64,000 nucleotides of DNA, taken from assembly GCA_017620815.1 (NCBI GenBank), contig JAGAUI010000008.1, forward strand, positions 680 through 64,679, given 5' to 3'. A model generated the notes under the pieces. That model saw only the letters and a program-made list of their open reading frames with translations. It made no database searches and was not told where the DNA came from. Source of the stretch: Flavobacteriales bacterium (GTDB taxonomy: Bacteria > Bacteroidota > Bacteroidia > Flavobacteriales > UBA1820). Numbering within the stretch: the first letter of the stretch is position 1; each line of letters starts with the position of its first letter. This document shows positions 60,426 through 64,000 of the stretch, piece by piece. The translations under genes and the position numbers were made by a program.

Positions 60426-62840
60426 TTATTTCTCTTCCAGTGCCAATGGTATAACTTCACTCATGTGTGTTACATAATGGAAGTTAAGTCCTCGCAAATA
60501 ATCTTGATTTATCTCTTCTACATCTTTGCGGTTGGCAGCACATAGAATGATATCGGTTATACCCGAACGTTTGGCAGCCAATATCTTTTCCTTGATACCT
60601 CCCACTGGCAGCACTTTACCTCTCAATGTTATCTCTCCTGTCATAGCTATACCACGACGCACACGACGTCCTGTAAGGACAGATACTATAGATGTGAGCA
60701 TCGTAACACCAGCCGAAGGACCATCTTTTGGAGTAGCACCTTCTGGAACGTGGATATGGATATTGGTTTTGGAGAGTTCCTCACTATCTATACCGAAGTC
60801 TTCGGCATGAGATTTTATGTACTGAAGGGCAATAGTTGCCGATTCCTTCATCACTTGTCCTAGATTACCTGTCATAGACAGTTCTCCTTTACCTGCCGAA
60901 CGTGTGGACTCTATAAATAGGATATCGCCTCCCACTGCCGTCCAAGCAAGCCCTGTAACTACTCCCGGCACATCTATCTCCTCATATTTATCACTCTCGC
61001 GAGGGACACCCAGTATCTTCTGCACGTCATCAAATGTAAGGTCTGAATTGTATTCCTCTTTCATTACCAGACTCTTGGCACAATGACGTACTATCTGTGC
61101 TATCTTTTTGTCTAGCTGACGTACACCAGACTCACGAGTATATCCATCTATAAGGCGTTCCATCACCTCATCACTTATAGTTATAGGATGACGGCTCATA
61201 CCATGTTCTTTGGTCTGTTTTGGGAGGAGGTGACGTTGAGCTATCTGTATCTTTTCCTCCATAGTATAACCATTTATCTCTATTATCTCCATACGGTCAA
61301 GCAATGCAGGCTGTATAGTAGATAGATTATTGGCAGTGGCTATAAACAAGATTTTGGACAGGTCATATGGAGATTCTAGGAAGTTATCATAGAACGTATT
61401 GTTCTGTTCTGGGTCTAGGACCTCTAGCATTGCCGATGATGGGTCTCCCTGCATACCTTGTGATAGTTTATCTATCTCGTCCAGTACAAATACGGGATTG
61501 GATACTCCAGCCTTTTTTATAGACTGAATGATACGCCCCGGCATAGCTCCTATGTATGTCTTACGGTGTCCGCGTATTTCGGCCTCATCGCGTAGTCCAC
61601 CTAGTGATATACGCATATACTTACGACCTATGGCATCGGCTATGGAACGTCCCAATGAAGTCTTACCGACTCCCGGAGGGCCAAACAAACACAATATAGG
61701 AGCCTTCATATCTCCTTTCAGTTTGAGGACAGCTATGTATTCCAGTATGCGACGTTTTACATCATCTAGCCCATAGTGGTCTTTGTCCAGTATCTTCTGG
61801 GCACGTTTAAGGTCAAACTTATCCTTGGAGTATTCTCCCCATGGAAGGTCCAACATCAATTCCAGAAAATTGCGTTGCACCGAATAATCTGGGGATTGAG
61901 GGTTCATGCGTGTGAGTTTTGCCAGTTCCTTATCAAACGTTTTGGCTATATCATCTCCCCATTTTTTGCTACGGGATTTTTCACGCATCTCTTCGGCTTC
62001 GCTTTCGGCACTACCACCACCTAGCTCTTCGGCTATGGTCTTCATCTGCTGATGAAGGAAGTATTCGCGTTGTTGCTGGTCTAGGTCTTCGCGTACCTTT
62101 GACTGGATATCATTACGCAACAGGGCCTTTTTTATCTCCATTCCCAGAAGACGTATAGCCATCATACCGCGTTCATATATATCGTTGATACACAGCAGTT
62201 CATATTTTTTGGCAAGAGGTATAGGAGCATGAGCAGATATGTAGTTCACTGTCGTTGCTCCACGGCGTAGGTTTTCGGTAGTAAATACAGCCGACATTCC
62301 TCCAGCTATCTCGTTATTAAGACGATTAAGGGTTTCCTTTATCTCGTCTATCATGGCATTGAATTCTGGGGTGTTTTCATCATCTGATGTTTCTTTTTCA
62401 CGTCTGGAATATGTAACGCGTATAAAAGGTTCATAATCCACCACCATATCTATATCTATACGACCTTTACCATGCAGTATAGCCGTATAGCTACCATCTG
62501 GCATTTTAAATGTTTTAAGCACCTGTGCCACCACACCAGTACGGTATATATCGTCCTGACGGGGGGATTCTACTTTGGCATCTATCTGGGCACATACAGC
62601 TATCATAGAGGAATGCTCTACCGCTTCCTCTATGAGTTTTTTACTGCTCTCTCTTCCTATGCTCACAGGCATTATAACGCCTGGGAATAGCATCATATTA
62701 CGCAATGGAAGCAGTGGCAGTACCGATGGATAATCTGCTTGTTTATCTTGAGTGTCGTCCTCTATCACCTCGGTTACTACGGGGATGATTTCGGTTTCTG
62801 AAGAAAAAATTTGGTCCAATGACAAATTGTCTATTTTCAT
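60426..62840 (-). CDS. lon: ATP-dependent protease La
   Basis: LON N-domain, GPPGVGKTS, catalytic PKDGPSAG and GGIKEK. Confidence 0.97.
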   Translation of the reverse strand: MKIDNLSLDQIFSSETEIIPVVTEVIEDDTQDKQADYPSVLPLLPLRNMMLFPGVIMPVSIGRESSKKLIEEAVEHSSMIAVCAQIDAKVESPRQDDIYRTGVVAQVLKTFKMPDGSYTAILHGKGRIDIDMVVDYEPFIRVTYSRREKETSDDENTPEFNAMIDEIKETLNRLNNEIAGGMSAVFTTENLRRGATTVNYISAHAPIPLAKKYELLCINDIYERGMMAIRLLGMEIKKALLRNDIQSKVREDLDQQQREYFLHQQMKTIAEELGGGSAESEAEEMREKSRSKKWGDDIAKTFDKELAKLTRMNPQSPDYSVQRNFLELMLDLPWGEYSKDKFDLKRAQKILDKDHYGLDDVKRRILEYIAVLKLKGDMKAPILCLFGPPGVGKTSLGRSIADAIGRKYMRISLGGLRDEAEIRGHRKTYIGAMPGRIIQSIKKAGVSNPVFVLDEIDKLSQGMQGDPSSAMLEVLDPEQNNTFYDNFLESPYDLSKILFIATANNLSTIQPALLDRMEIIEINGYTMEEKIQIAQRHLLPKQTKEHGMSRHPITISDEVMERLIDGYTRESGVRQLDKKIAQIVRHCAKSLVMKEEYNSDLTFDDVQKILGVPRESDKYEEIDVPGVVTGLAWTAVGGDILFIESTRSAGKGELSMTGNLGQVMKESATIALQYIKSHAEDFGIDSEELSKTNIHIHVPEGATPKDGPSAGVTMLTSIVSVLTGRRVRRGIAMTGEITLRGKVLPVGGIKEKILAAKRSGITDIILCAANRKDVEEINQDYLRGLNFHYVTHMSEVIPLALEEK

Positions 62841-62996
62841 ATTGATGTCAGTTATTATCTAGTGTTTATGTCAAAAATCAGTCATAATGTCATATCCACA
62901 TATCTATATCCACACAGCACCCTATATCCATCTGCTTGATTTCCATAGACATAATGCAACCACATGTAGATTTTCATCACGACTTACACATATAGT

Positions 62997-63012
62997 TGCA
63001 AATCCCGTGCCA
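62997..63012 (-). promoter_or_regulatory. sigma54-type -24/-12 promoter for lon
   Basis: Minus strand reads TGGCACG-GGAT-TTGCA, an exact match to TGGCACG-N4-TTGCW. Confidence 0.7.
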
Positions 63013-63109
63013 ATCCTATCCCTAGTGCCAAAATAAACACTTTTTTTCACTTTTTTACGCAAATATAGTATATTTGCACCTATCATAATCATAGTAACTA
63101 TTTTATACA

Positions 63110-63751
63110 ATGGGAGAATTATTGACATTTGCTCTTACGGTATTCGTAGGATTTTTTGCGGTGATGAACCCCCTTACCAAGACTCCAGTCTTTATGAGTC
63201 TTACACAAGGCGTAAGTGTGGAAAAACAACACCGCGTAGCCCGCAAAGCAGGTATAGCAGCCTTTATCATTTTGGTATGCTTTATACTGCTGGGGAAATA
63301 CATCTTTTTCCTCTTTGGGCTTACTATACCTTCGTTTAAGATTACGGGTGGAGTGATATTATTCTGGGTAGGATTTGAGATGTTGCAGTCCAAACGCTCC
63401 TCTATCCCCAACCCCCGCGAAGTGAATTTTGACGAAAGTATATCTATCTCTCCGCTTGCAATACCTATCATAAGTGGGCCGGGAGCTATCATTACGGGTA
63501 TGAACTTCATGGCCGATGCCGACTGGATACGCACACTCATAGTGGTAGCTATGGCAGCTCTTATATGTTACTTAAACTTTTTGGCTTGCTGGTGGAGTGA
63601 TATCATCATGCGTTTTATAGGCGAAAACATAATGGTAGCCATCCACAAACTGATGGGTATGGTACTGGCTATACTTGGCTGTAATATGATACTTGATGGT
63701 ATAGATGTATTTATGGAAAACGGACTACTAGGAATAACACTTGCCTCATAG
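63110..63751 (+). CDS. MarC family membrane protein
   Basis: Motifs VMNP, FKITGG and PLAIPIISGPGAI. Confidence 0.92.
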   Translation: MGELLTFALTVFVGFFAVMNPLTKTPVFMSLTQGVSVEKQHRVARKAGIAAFIILVCFILLGKYIFFLFGLTIPSFKITGGVILFWVGFEMLQSKRSSIPNPREVNFDESISISPLAIPIISGPGAIITGMNFMADADWIRTLIVVAMAALICYLNFLACWWSDIIMRFIGENIMVAIHKLMGMVLAILGCNMILDGIDVFMENGLLGITLAS

Positions 63752-63775
63752 TTATAAAATCACATAAATAAGAAA

Positions 63776-63802
63776 GACTCGCCTAAGGCGAGTTTTTTTT
63801 TT
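63776..63802 (+). terminator. intrinsic terminator after marC
   Basis: ACTCGCC-taa-GGCGAGT followed by a long T run. Confidence 0.85.
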
Positions 63803-63818
63803 ATATTCTTTCTTTTGA

Positions 63819-64000
63819 CGGGGAAGCCCCAGTGGTGCAGCCACCACGGCGGGGAAGCCCCGCTGCTGGTTTTAAATATTCTCAATGAGAAAAAAAGTGT
63901 CCCCTTTGTTTTTCCCGAAGAATTTGGTAAAAAATTGGAAAAAGAGCCGAGACTTTGCTTTGCACAGCAAAGCTGGTTTTCGAGGCTCCCAATTTTTTGG
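63819..64000. repeat. structured non-coding element (MITE/REP-like or ncRNA), possibly cut by the window edge
   Basis: Direct repeat CGGGGAAGCCCC at 63819 and 63850 flanking GTGGTG-cagc-CACCAC, plus a long imperfect hairpin at 63929-63998. Confidence 0.45.

Noticed and set aside
1-64000. CRISPR array, tRNA, rRNA or tmRNA
   Set aside because: I saw no regularly spaced repeats, cloverleafs or rRNA-like tracts. smpB has no room for an adjacent ssrA.

Overview
A 64-kb stretch of an AT-rich Bacteroidota chromosome. The evidence for this is the TAnnTTTG -7 promoter boxes and the gene orders tgt-lptF/G-EamA, rsfS-ftsH-cdsA-psd, purM-prfA-pyrF and DUF1599-BT_3928-tpiA. Some features look Flavobacteriales-like and others look gut-anaerobe-like, which is inference. 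Most of the window is housekeeping: nhaA (partial), purD, nth, smpB, tgt, lysA, sod, psd, cdsA, ftsH, rsfS, birA, era, rimO, cdaA, purM, prfA, pyrF, der, serB, menC, pncB, gcvT, ilvE, tpiA, metF and lon. The standout is a 6.4-kb block of intact siphovirus-type virion genes between lysA and a TonB-plug protein gene (13254-19641). It encodes TerS, TerL, a scaffold, a lambda-gpE-like major capsid, a head-tail adaptor, a head closure protein, a tail terminator and a tail tube, with a divergent XRE regulator. It has no portal, tape measure, tail tip, lysis, replication or integrase genes, no visible att sites and no pseudogene debris. It carries host-type promoters and a terminator nearly identical to a host terminator. 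I read it as a candidate domesticated phage-particle system (a split-locus gene transfer agent or an anti-phage decoy) rather than an ordinary prophage; this is unproven. Other points of interest are a SpeD-SpeE fusion with agmatinase, an insulated orphan sRNA or micropeptide unit at about 48.0 kb, a perfect sigma54-type promoter plus repeats upstream of lon, two barrel-less SusC-like plug proteins, apparent GATC avoidance, and a structured element at the right edge. All protein calls come from motif recognition by eye; no database searches were run.
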